A stretch of DNA of 42,446 bases from assembly GCA_044448725.1 (NCBI GenBank), contig JBIOHE010000001.1, positions 1 to 42,446 of the forward strand, written 5' to 3'. The first letter of the stretch is position 1; every line of letters starts with the position of its first letter. The notes beneath the pieces were generated by a model. The model was not told the origin of the DNA and did not search any database. It was given only the letters and a program-made list of their open reading frames with translations. Position numbers and translations under genes: made by a program. This DNA is from Sphingobacteriales bacterium (GTDB taxonomy: Bacteria > Bacteroidota > Bacteroidia > Sphingobacteriales > Sphingobacteriaceae). Of the stretch, positions 1 to 8,014 are shown one piece after another.

Positions 1-335
1 GTTATATTATTTAATACTACCGCCTTTACATTTTCAAATTTGGCAATAAGCAATTCGGGATCAGGGGCACCTGCTTTAGCCATCAATTCAACTTCCTGTA
101 TTGTTGCCTGGCTTATGGGCATCCCGAAAAAACCAAGGTTGGGTTTTAATTTGTGCGAGGCTTGATAAGCAGCCGTCCATTCCTTTTCGTCAATTGCTGT
201 GGTGATCATTTGCAGCAATTCCGGTGTATGCTGCAGGAACATATCAATTGACTCAATGATAAACTCGTTACTGCCATCGGCAATATCATACAAAAACGAA
301 AGATCAAGATCCTGACCAGGCAAAATATGCGACAT
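1..335 (-). CDS. Stand-alone Hpt (histidine phosphotransfer) domain protein, 3' end runs off the window
   Basis: Not in the ORF track. Manual translation from the ATG at 335 gives MSHILPGQDLDLSFLYDIADGSNEFIIESIDMFLQHTPELLQMITTAIDEKEWTAAYQASHKLKPNLGFFGM..., open to the window edge. It has the 'DLSFL..I.DG' start and the HKLKP phospho-His motif typical of Hpt domains. Confidence 0.85.
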   Translation of the reverse strand, partial: MSHILPGQDLDLSFLYDIADGSNEFIIESIDMFLQHTPELLQMITTAIDEKEWTAAYQASHKLKPNLGFFGMPISQATIQEVELMAKAGAPDPELLIAKFENVKAVVLNNI

Positions 336-355
336 AAATTAGGGGTTTATATGTT

Positions 356-841
356 TCAAAAATATAACTTTTTTACGATCAAGCTATCTTTAAGTTCATT
401 TTTGATCTGTAAAATATTTTTATTTATAACAGGATGAATTAACGCAGGCGCAATTTCAGCAAGAGGCTCCAAAGTGAACCGCCGTTTATGCAGTTCGGGA
501 TGCGGAATAACCAGGTTTGGTTCATTAATAATGGTGCCCCCGTAAAACAAAATATCAATGTCGATGGTGCGCGACCCCCATTTTTCTTCACGCAGCCTGC
601 CCATAACATTTTCTATATTTAGTATTTTTTGAAGGATTGCAGGCGCCGGGAGGTCGGATTGCAACATGACCACCTGGTTAAGGTAATCCGGGGCATCCGT
701 TTTTCCCCATGATTGCGATTCATACACCGACGATGCTTTTAGCACAGAAGCTATGTCGCTTTCAATGTGCGCAATGGCTTGTTTAAGGAACAAGTGCCTG
801 TCGCCAAGGTTGCCCCCCAATAATAAAAAAACGTCAACCAT
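356..841 (-). CDS. folK: 2-amino-4-hydroxy-6-hydroxymethyldihydropteridine diphosphokinase (HPPK)
   Basis: LLLGGNLGDR, YLNQV, WGSRTIDIDILF and IPHPELHKRRF motifs. Start moved to MVDVF (841) because the ORF-track start at 892 lies inside a repeat element. Confidence 0.95.
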   Translation of the reverse strand: MVDVFLLLGGNLGDRHLFLKQAIAHIESDIASVLKASSVYESQSWGKTDAPDYLNQVVMLQSDLPAPAILQKILNIENVMGRLREEKWGSRTIDIDILFYGGTIINEPNLVIPHPELHKRRFTLEPLAEIAPALIHPVINKNILQIKNELKDSLIVKKLYF

Positions 842-881
842 GTTGTAACAAATATTATAGACAAAGCTCTTAATATTATAC

Positions 882-1037
882 ATGCGAATCAAGAGTCAAG
901 AACCAAGAGCCAAGAATCAAGAAAAAAGCAGAAAGCTGTTCATTTACGGTAATGTGCTGATATATTTTCTGATTGGCGGATTTATACACTTGCGAAGCTA
1001 TTTTCTTGACTCTTGGTTCTTGACTCTTGATTCGCAT
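882..1037. repeat. MITE-like element with ~35-bp terminal inverted repeats built from AAGA(G/A)(T/C)C heptamers (copy 1)
   Basis: ATGCGAATCAAGAGTCAAGAACCAAGAGCCAAGAA at the left end matches the reverse complement of the right end with one mismatch. The core is shared with 41056-41239. Confidence 0.85.
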
Positions 1038-1062
1038 AAACCGTATTGAATTGCTAAGTTTG
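1031..1062 (+). promoter_or_regulatory. Bacteroidota sigma-A promoter of sppA (-33 TTCG / -7 TAAGTTTG)
   Basis: TAAGTTTG at 1055-1062 matches TAnnTTTG. TTCG lies 20 nt upstream, inside the right inverted repeat of the element. Confidence 0.55.
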
Positions 1063-1088
1063 CATAGATAAAAGATTTATAACATTTA

Positions 1089-2867
1089 ATGAAACAATTC
1101 TTCAAATTTGTCTTCGCCAGCATGGTGGGGTTTCTGCTAACAAGTGTCATTATATTCATAGTTGTTTTCCTTCTGATCGCCGCCCTGATAGCAGCCGGCA
1201 GTGAAAAAACCACTGAGGTTGAACCAAATTCAGTTCTGCAAATATCCCTGAATTACCCGGTAACCGAACGCACCCCTAATAATCCATTATCAGCCTTAGG
1301 CTTTTTAGGGCTCGACGGGGACAAATCCATCGGCCTAAACGATATACTGGCTAACATTAAAAAAGCTAAAACCGACCCCGACATTAAAGGCATTTACCTT
1401 GAAGAAAGTGACGTACCTATTGGCCAGGCAACTTCCGAAGAGATACGCAACGCATTGATCGACTTTAAAAAATCGGGGAAATTCATTGTCGCTTATTCCG
1501 AAATTTATACCCAGGGCTTTTATTACCTGGCCTCGGTAGCCGATAAGGTTTATATCAACCCAAAAGGTATTTTCCTGTTCCATGGCTTTAGCCAGGAGAT
1601 CACCTTTTTGAAGGGCGCCCTTGACAAATTAGGTATCGAAGCGCAGATCATCAAGGTAGGCACCTATAAAAGCGCTGTGGAACCATTATTTCTCACCAAA
1701 ATGAGCCCGGCCAACCGTTTGCAGGTTAACTCTTACCTGGGTTCGTTATATAAACAATTTTTGAGCGGCATAAGCGCCAGCCGGAATATCAACAGGGATT
1801 CCTTATTTAATTATGCAAATGAATTAAAGGTCCGCTTCCCCGAAGATGCATTAAAATATAAACTGGTTGACGGCCTGAAATATAAAGATGAGGTTTTAGC
1901 CGATCTGAAACAACGTACCGGGACTGACAAAAAGGGGGACCTTAAAAGCGTTGAATTGGGTGAATATACCAAAAGCGAGACTAAAAAGGACGATAGCAAA
2001 AAGGAATCAAAAAATCGTATTGCCATTGTTTATGCCTCGGGCGAAATTAATGGCGGCGACGGCGATGATAACAGTATAGGGTCTGAGCGGGTTTCAAAAG
2101 CCTTGCGCGAAGCCAGGCAGAATGATAACGTAAAGGCGGTAGTTTTCCGTGTAAACTCACCGGGCGGCAGTTCGCTGGCTTCGGATGTGATCTGGCGCGA
2201 GGTGATGCTGACCAAAAAAGTAAAACCTATTATTGTTTCCATGGGCGATTACGCGGCATCCGGCGGGTATTATATTTCCTGCGCGGCGGATTCTATTTTC
2301 GCCGAACCCAATACATTGACAGGCTCGATAGGCATTTTCGCTATCCTTCCCAATATGCAAAAGCTTTTTAATGATAAGCTGGGCGTTACTTTCGATGGCG
2401 TAAAAACCGGCAAATATGCCGACCTGGGTAGTGTTAGCCGGCCACTAAGTCCCGATGAAAAAGCCATACTGCAAAGCGAAGTTGACCACGGCTATGATGA
2501 TTTCACAAAAGCGGTAGCCGCAGGGCGTCATAAAACACAGGCTTATATCAACAGCATTGGCCAGGGCCGCGTGTGGACCGGCGAACAAGCCATAAAAAAT
2601 GGTTTGGTTGACCGCCTCGGCAATATCAGCGACGCCATAAAATCGGCTGCAAAAATGGCGAAGATCAAAAATTACAAACTGGTAGCCTACCCCGAACAAA
2701 AAAGCATATTCAACAAATTTGGCCAAAGTTTAAGCGCCGAAATGAAAATGCACTTTGTAAAATCGGAGCTTGGCGACAATTTTAAATACTACGAACAAAT
2801 AAAAGGGGTAACCCAGATGATGCGTACCCCGCAGGCCAGGTTGCCTTATGATATTGTGATAAATTAA
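1089..2867 (+). CDS. sppA: Signal peptide peptidase SppA, 67K type (protease IV)
   Basis: N-terminal membrane anchor, GTYKSAVEP (catalytic Lys), RVNSPGGS, SMGDYAASGGYYIS (catalytic Ser), GSIGIF, GRVWTGEQA. Confidence 0.96.
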   Translation: MKQFFKFVFASMVGFLLTSVIIFIVVFLLIAALIAAGSEKTTEVEPNSVLQISLNYPVTERTPNNPLSALGFLGLDGDKSIGLNDILANIKKAKTDPDIKGIYLEESDVPIGQATSEEIRNALIDFKKSGKFIVAYSEIYTQGFYYLASVADKVYINPKGIFLFHGFSQEITFLKGALDKLGIEAQIIKVGTYKSAVEPLFLTKMSPANRLQVNSYLGSLYKQFLSGISASRNINRDSLFNYANELKVRFPEDALKYKLVDGLKYKDEVLADLKQRTGTDKKGDLKSVELGEYTKSETKKDDSKKESKNRIAIVYASGEINGGDGDDNSIGSERVSKALREARQNDNVKAVVFRVNSPGGSSLASDVIWREVMLTKKVKPIIVSMGDYAASGGYYISCAADSIFAEPNTLTGSIGIFAILPNMQKLFNDKLGVTFDGVKTGKYADLGSVSRPLSPDEKAILQSEVDHGYDDFTKAVAAGRHKTQAYINSIGQGRVWTGEQAIKNGLVDRLGNISDAIKSAAKMAKIKNYKLVAYPEQKSIFNKFGQSLSAEMKMHFVKSELGDNFKYYEQIKGVTQMMRTPQARLPYDIVIN

Positions 2868-2889
2868 GGGTTAGATATTTTTTGATTGG

Positions 2890-2924
2890 AAATCCGTCCG
2901 AGAATTGTCAGACGGATTTTTTTT
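2890..2924 (+). terminator. Rho-independent terminator after sppA
   Basis: AAATCCGTC...GACGGATTT hairpin followed by a T run. Confidence 0.75.
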
Positions 2925-2944
2925 AATGCCCCTGGTCTAAGATA

Positions 2945-3433
2945 TTACCTAAACCTTCTTAAATGGTTATAATTTATTGTTGGTTTAGATTGGGACAAGA
3001 AATGATACAAATCCAGGTCATCGGTGATTGTCAATATTTTTTCAGACGAAATATCTCCTATTGAGGCATCAGCCAAACCAAGTTTCAAAAATAGGCTCAG
3101 ATTATTTGTCATTATTAAATGACTGGAGTTTGTGATTTCCATAAATTGCCCAACGAATTTATGAATAAAGTCAAAAAATTTATTATCCTTATTAATGCCA
3201 TCGGTTAGGTTAGTAATTTCAGTTAAAATATTCGGAGTTGTATAAATTTGATTTTTGCAATACGATATGACTATTCCTAACCGCTCAAAATCATCAATAT
3301 CATACTTTAGGGTCCGTTTAAAATCCTTAATCAAATTCTTATCATAAATCCCCACAAGTAATAACAACAATAAGTTTGTATCAACTACAATTCCTTCAAA
3401 TTGTTGCCCGTAACCAAATTGTTTAAACGGCAT
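2945..3433 (-). CDS. PIN-domain (VapC-like) nuclease, putative toxin
   Basis: VVDTNLL (Asp), TTPNILTE (Glu), LGLADASI (Asp) and TITDDLDL (Asp) give the four acidic PIN active-site positions. Confidence 0.8.
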   Translation of the reverse strand: MPFKQFGYGQQFEGIVVDTNLLLLLLVGIYDKNLIKDFKRTLKYDIDDFERLGIVISYCKNQIYTTPNILTEITNLTDGINKDNKFFDFIHKFVGQFMEITNSSHLIMTNNLSLFLKLGLADASIGDISSEKILTITDDLDLYHFLSQSKPTINYNHLRRFR

Positions 3434-3435
3434 TC

Positions 3436-3684
3436 TTATAACTGGCGTATTTTAACAGTTGACACTTCTTTCGATTCGCCGTCAATTTTAAATACTTTAT
3501 ACCTTCTTTGAGCTCTGCTATCACCCATAAGGCTCATTTTATTACTAAGATCGTCAAAACTCAATGTTATTAACCAACTTTTATCGTCATTAGATGGTTC
3601 TATTTCCTCAAGGGCAGGTTTCTCTTGAAAAATTGCATTAGCATACTCAAATGCAACTTGTACCGCTTCTTTAACTGGAATCAT
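3436..3684 (-). CDS. Small conserved-type hypothetical protein upstream of the PIN gene (putative antitoxin or partner)
   Basis: 82 aa, 2 nt upstream of the PIN start. Pattern LEEIE..W.ITLSF...RRYKVFKID...EV..VKIR suggests an alpha-beta fold. No HTH, RHH or AbrB motif is evident. Confidence 0.7.
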   Translation of the reverse strand: MIPVKEAVQVAFEYANAIFQEKPALEEIEPSNDDKSWLITLSFDDLSNKMSLMGDSRAQRRYKVFKIDGESKEVSTVKIRQL

Positions 3685-3942
3685 AAATAGTCTGTTTTAA
3701 TAAATTTATTAATACGAAAATATCCCATCAATCGTACAGAGATTTCGTTCTGCTAAGATACTAAAGGTAATAATAAAAATAAAAATTCCGGACACTTAAA
3801 AGCCCGCGTCATTCGAATTTACATGTTTCAGATAATTCAAAATCCCCTTTCGCAAAGTTGGAACACCCGTGAGGTGAAAATAACCTCCGACAAATTCCCC
3901 CATTACCACCCGCTTTTGTATTTTTACGCCATCAATTAAAAT

Positions 3943-5616
3943 ATGGAAAACAAACCCATAGCCCGTAAGCTTCGCCTGTTATCGCAACTGATGGAGCTGC
4001 ATGACGAAAACCCGTTTAAAATACGGTCGGTTGCCAATGCGGCCTTTAAGGTTGATAAGCTGCCCTACCCTGCCGCCGGTAAAACTTTTGAAGAACTGGA
4101 GAAAATTGACGGCATTGGTAAAAGCATCGCGGCAAAAATCACCGAGCTGCTGCAAACCGGCATTATAGCCGAAATGGAAACATTACTTGCCCAAACCCCT
4201 GCCGGCGTTATTGATATCATGGGTATTAAAGGTATCGGCCCTAAAAAAGTGGCCATCATCTGGCGCGAACTTGGGATCGAAAACATTGGCGAACTTTATT
4301 ATGCCTGCAACGAGAACCGACTGGTTGAGGCGAAAGGTTTCGGCCTTAAAACCCAGGATGATATCCGCAAAGCTATTGAGTTCAGCATCGCCAGCAATGG
4401 TAAATTCCTGTACGCCCAAACCGAACCCGAAGCCAGAGAATTATTGCAAAAAATAAAAAATATTTTACCCGGTGGGTTGCTTGAATTTGCAGGCGAGTTC
4501 CGCAGGCGCTGCGAGATCATCAGCAAGCTGGTTATTGTAGCAGGTGTATATGATTTGTTAAATTCTACAAACACATTGGCGCAATCAGATCTGTTAGCAG
4601 ATATTAAGGCTGATAAAAACCATATTTCGGGCAAACTGGCAAACGGACTGGAAACAGAAATTGTTTGCGTTGAACAAAAGGATTTTTATAAAACATTGTT
4701 TATACAAACCGGCGATGAAACCCATGTACAGGCCGTTTTGGCCCGGACAAATGGTGAATTACTACAACCTGAAATCGAGGATGCAATTTATAAAAATGCC
4801 GGTTTAGCTTTTATCCCGCCTGAATTACGCGACGGTGATGCATTTATTGAAAGGGCCGCAAACAATAGCCTCCCCGAATTAATAACTTACAACGATCTTA
4901 AAGGTAGCTTACATAACCACAGTACCTGGAGCGATGGCATAAATACCGTTGAAGAAATGGCCCTATACTGTCGCGATGTATTAAAGCTGGAATACCTGGG
5001 CATGTGCGATCATAGCAAAAGCGCCTTTTACGCAAAGGGTTTAAGTATTGAAAGCGTATTGCAGCAACAGGAGGAAATTGATCATTTGAATAAAAAACTC
5101 AACGGCTTCCATATCTTCAAAGGCATAGAATCAGATATTTTGTACGATGGCTCGCTGGATTACCCGGAGGAGATATTAAAACGTTTTGATTTCATCGTTG
5201 CATCGGTGCATTCTATTCTTAAAATGGATGAAGAAAAGGCTACTTCGCGCCTCATTAAAGCCATTGAGAACCCATACACAACTATACTCGGGCATCCGAC
5301 CGGCAGGCTCTTGTTAACCAGAAAGGGGTACCCTATTAACTATAAAAAAGTAATTGACGCCTGCGCTGCAAACGAGGTAGTAATTGAGATAAATGCGAAC
5401 CCGCTGCGGCTCGATCTCGACTGGCGCTGGCACCAATATGCGCTTGAAAAAGGGGTTTGGCTATCCATAAACCCGGATGCGCATCGCAGGGAAGGCTTTT
5501 TAGATATGCATTATGGTATATTAGCAGCCCGAAAAGGCGGCTTATACAAAGAAAAATGCCTGAATGCGTTATCATTGCAGGAAATTTCCTCTTTTTTTGA
5601 GAAAAAGAGGAAGTGA
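3943..5616 (+). CDS. polX: PolX-family protein with C-terminal PHP exonuclease domain; polymerase site degenerate
   Basis: ENPFKIRS 8-kDa domain, HhH motifs GIGKSIA and GIGPKKV, and PHP motifs HNHSTWSDG, DHSK, GIESDI, GHPTGR, NPDAH. The palm reads GEFRRRCEIISKLV, with no DxD. Confidence 0.9.
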   Translation: MENKPIARKLRLLSQLMELHDENPFKIRSVANAAFKVDKLPYPAAGKTFEELEKIDGIGKSIAAKITELLQTGIIAEMETLLAQTPAGVIDIMGIKGIGPKKVAIIWRELGIENIGELYYACNENRLVEAKGFGLKTQDDIRKAIEFSIASNGKFLYAQTEPEARELLQKIKNILPGGLLEFAGEFRRRCEIISKLVIVAGVYDLLNSTNTLAQSDLLADIKADKNHISGKLANGLETEIVCVEQKDFYKTLFIQTGDETHVQAVLARTNGELLQPEIEDAIYKNAGLAFIPPELRDGDAFIERAANNSLPELITYNDLKGSLHNHSTWSDGINTVEEMALYCRDVLKLEYLGMCDHSKSAFYAKGLSIESVLQQQEEIDHLNKKLNGFHIFKGIESDILYDGSLDYPEEILKRFDFIVASVHSILKMDEEKATSRLIKAIENPYTTILGHPTGRLLLTRKGYPINYKKVIDACAANEVVIEINANPLRLDLDWRWHQYALEKGVWLSINPDAHRREGFLDMHYGILAARKGGLYKEKCLNALSLQEISSFFEKKRK

Positions 5617-5624
5617 TCAGAAGT

Positions 5625-5716
5625 TTGAGATTAGAGATTAGTTGAAGACGAACGGCTTGATATTAATGATCCCCAACTAATGACCAATGAACCAGTGAAC
5701 AAATGAACTAATGAAC
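5625..5716. repeat. Intergenic short-repeat element: TTAGAGA-type left arm, AATGAAC(C/T)-type right arm running into the next start codon
   Basis: TTGAGATTAGAGATTAGTTG ... CAACTAATGACCAATGAACCAGTGAACAAATGAACTAATG. ATTAGTTG and CAACTAAT are inverted copies. Confidence 0.6.
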
Positions 5717-6694
5717 TTAATAGATAAAGTACGATCCATACAAGCAGAGCAAAAAAGGCCATCGGTGCTGGTTATCGGCGATCTGATGATAGACCACTAT
5801 ATTTGGGGCAGTGCAACGAGGCTTTCGCCTGAGGCGCCTGTGCCTATCGTAAATGTGAAAAATGAATCGACTACCCTGGGTGGCGCCGGTAATGTTGTAC
5901 AAAACCTGGTAGCACTTGGGGCCAGGGTTACTGTTGCCGGGGTAATAGGAAACGATGCCGCCGGTATTCAGCTCATTGAAATAATGGAAAGCGAAGGTGT
6001 TAAAACCAATGCTATTATAAAGGATAATTCACGTTCTACTACCGTTAAGACCCGTATTCTGGTGGGAAGTCATCAACTGGTAAGGGTTGACCGCGAAGTT
6101 ACCGATGCCGTTTCGCAAGCATTAGAAGACGAACTCGTTGACAAGCTAAGCGCAAATATTGAGAATGCTGATATTGTCCTCTTATCTGATTACAACAAAG
6201 GCCTATTTGCACCGGGCCTTACCCAAAAGCTGATAAAGATCGCGAATGAACATAATAAGAAGGTAGTTATTGATCCGAAGGGGTTAAACTATGAAAAATA
6301 CAAAGGCGCTTATATTATAAAACCCAACCGTAAGGAACTGGCTGAGGCCTCAAAAACCGAAAAAATAAGTAATATCGAAGATCTGCAAACTGCGGCCAAA
6401 ACCATTTTCCTGCAAACGAAAACGACCTATTTAATCGTTACATTGTCGGAAGAAGGCATGGCCATTATTACAGAACAAAGCAGTACCTTGTTGCCTGTAA
6501 AAGCTACTGAAGTTTTTGACGTTACCGGCGCAGGTGACACGGTGATAGCTACGATAGCCTATTTTATAGCTTTGGGCCTGCCTGTTGATGAAGCCTGTGA
6601 ACTGGCTAACCATGCCGCCGCTATTGTGATAAGGCATGTAGGCAGCGCAACCACGACAATTGATGAGATTATAAAAGATATGGACGGGTATTAG
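5711..6694 (+). CDS. rfaE1: D-glycero-beta-D-manno-heptose-7-phosphate kinase (HldA / RfaE domain I)
   Basis: VIGDLMID.Y..G...RLSPEAPVP, GGAGNV, LSDYNKG, KPNRKE and DVTGAGDTV (PfkB signature). Confidence 0.93.
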   Translation: MNLIDKVRSIQAEQKRPSVLVIGDLMIDHYIWGSATRLSPEAPVPIVNVKNESTTLGGAGNVVQNLVALGARVTVAGVIGNDAAGIQLIEIMESEGVKTNAIIKDNSRSTTVKTRILVGSHQLVRVDREVTDAVSQALEDELVDKLSANIENADIVLLSDYNKGLFAPGLTQKLIKIANEHNKKVVIDPKGLNYEKYKGAYIIKPNRKELAEASKTEKISNIEDLQTAAKTIFLQTKTTYLIVTLSEEGMAIITEQSSTLLPVKATEVFDVTGAGDTVIATIAYFIALGLPVDEACELANHAAAIVIRHVGSATTTIDEIIKDMDGY

Positions 6695-6708
6695 GCATTG
6701 GTCATTTT

Positions 6709-6793
6709 GCCTCACCTAAATCCTCTCCAAAGGAGAGGACTTGAACAGCGCTCTTTTTTAACGCCCTCTCCTTTGGAGAGGGTTGGGTGAGGC
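6709..6793. repeat. REP-like doublet of CCTCTCC-nnn-GGAGAGG hairpins in inverted orientation
   Basis: GCCTCACC..TCCTCTCCAAAGGAGAGGA ... CCCTCTCCTTTGGAGAGGG..GGTGAGGC. Confidence 0.8.
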
Positions 6794-6867
6794 TGAACGT
6801 TGGTTCATTGACAGTTAATAAAAAAATAAATTCCGAAATTAAAATTCCGAAATACGAAATAAAAGAC

Positions 6868-7422
6868 ATGGTTATTGAAGAACTTAAAGCACATCAGGAA
6901 GTTATACAAAAAGTAATCGATGTACTTGGCAGCGATATTGAAACAGGCTGTGAACTCATCACAACTGCCATAAAAAACGGGCATAAGGTATTGCTTGCCG
7001 GGAACGGCGGCAGCGCCGCGGATGCGCAACATATCGCAGCTGAACTGAGTGGCCGTTTTGTGAAAGAGCGCAAAGCGCTTCCGGGTATAGCATTAACGGT
7101 TGATACTTCGGCATTAACTGCCATAGCCAATGATTACGGTTACGACCGGGTATTTTCGCGGCAGGTTGAGGCTTTTGCACAGCCGGGTGATTTATTTATC
7201 GGCATTTCAACCAGCGGCAACAGTCAGGGGATATTAAACGCCTTTGAAGCGGCAACAAAAATTGGATGCAAAACATTAGGCCTTTCGGGCAGGGACGGCG
7301 GCAAAATGAACGGCCTTTGCGATTTGAATATTATTGTGCCCTCGGAGGTAACTGCCAGGATACAGGAAATGCATATATTGATTGGGCATATACTTTGCAA
7401 GGCTGTTGACGATTTGTTTTAA
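6868..7422 (+). CDS. gmhA: D-sedoheptulose-7-phosphate isomerase
   Basis: [48 protein letters not shown]. Start taken at MVIEELK (6868). Confidence 0.95.
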   Translation: MVIEELKAHQEVIQKVIDVLGSDIETGCELITTAIKNGHKVLLAGNGGSAADAQHIAAELSGRFVKERKALPGIALTVDTSALTAIANDYGYDRVFSRQVEAFAQPGDLFIGISTSGNSQGILNAFEAATKIGCKTLGLSGRDGGKMNGLCDLNIIVPSEVTARIQEMHILIGHILCKAVDDLF

Positions 7423-7443
7423 TACCACGAAACCGCCCCGAAC

Positions 7444-7483
7444 AGACTTAGATTTGAAAACTTCGTAAGTCTTCGTAAGTCTT
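7444..7483. repeat. Degenerate REP-like remnant with a 10-bp tandem duplication
   Basis: CTTCGTAAGT x2 (7461-7480). AGACTTA at 7444 is the inverse of TAAGTCT. Confidence 0.5.
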
Positions 7484-7495
7484 AAATTTCAGACC

Positions 7496-7999
7496 ATGAG
7501 AACCGATATAGAAAAAACGCTTTTAGATAAAATACGCGACCTGCCCTTGCTTAAAAGTGTAGTTGCCGACTGGCAAAAGGAGGGTAAAAAGGTTGTTTTT
7601 ACAAACGGGGTGTTTGATCTGCTCCATATCGGGCATATCACTTATCTTGCCAAAGCTTCGGAATTGGGTGATAAACTGGTAATCGGACTCAATTCTGATA
7701 GTTCAGTGAAAAGGATAAAAGGCGAAAACCGGCCTGTGAACGATCAAAATAACCGTGCAGCCTTATTGGCTGCCTTATTTTTTGTTGACGCTGTCGTGGT
7801 TTTTGAAGAGGATACCCCGCTTAACCTCATCAGCACGCTGATGCCCGATATATTGGTAAAAGGCGCAGATTATTCGGTTGAAAACATCGTTGGCGCTAAG
7901 GAAGTTATCGCCAATGGCGGAGAGGTTAAAACCATTAACTTTGTTGAGGGATACTCTTCCACATCAATTATTGAAAAGATAAGGAAGCAGACTTCCTAA
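7496..7999 (+). CDS. rfaE2: D-glycero-beta-D-manno-heptose-1-phosphate adenylyltransferase (HldC / RfaE domain II)
   Basis: FTNGVFDLLHIGH (HIGH motif), GLNSDSSVKRIKG..RP, FEEDTP, PDILVKGADY, GYSSTSII. Confidence 0.93.
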   Translation: MRTDIEKTLLDKIRDLPLLKSVVADWQKEGKKVVFTNGVFDLLHIGHITYLAKASELGDKLVIGLNSDSSVKRIKGENRPVNDQNNRAALLAALFFVDAVVVFEEDTPLNLISTLMPDILVKGADYSVENIVGAKEVIANGGEVKTINFVEGYSSTSIIEKIRKQTS

Positions 8000-8014
8000 A
8001 AATAAAATCAGCCA

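Noticed and set aside
842-892. N-terminal extension of folK
   Set aside because: The start falls in the element's inverted repeat, and the HPPK fold begins at MVDVF.
998-1213. 71-aa minus-strand ORF
   Set aside because: It is antisense to the sppA start, and its tail is translated heptamer repeat.
1335-2726. Short antisense or overlapping ORFs in sppA, representative of those inside polX, GH13, GH78 and the rha and lut genes
   Set aside because: They are fully nested in well-supported genes and have no recognisable motifs.
3685-3942. Possible ncRNA or IS remnant between the PIN pair and polX
   Set aside because: Only a weak GAGGT/ACCTC stem is present; no recognisable family, terminal repeat or ORF.
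6787-6867. N-terminal extension of gmhA in the ORF track
   Set aside because: The GTG lies within the REP-like element, and homology-like sequence starts at ATG 6868.
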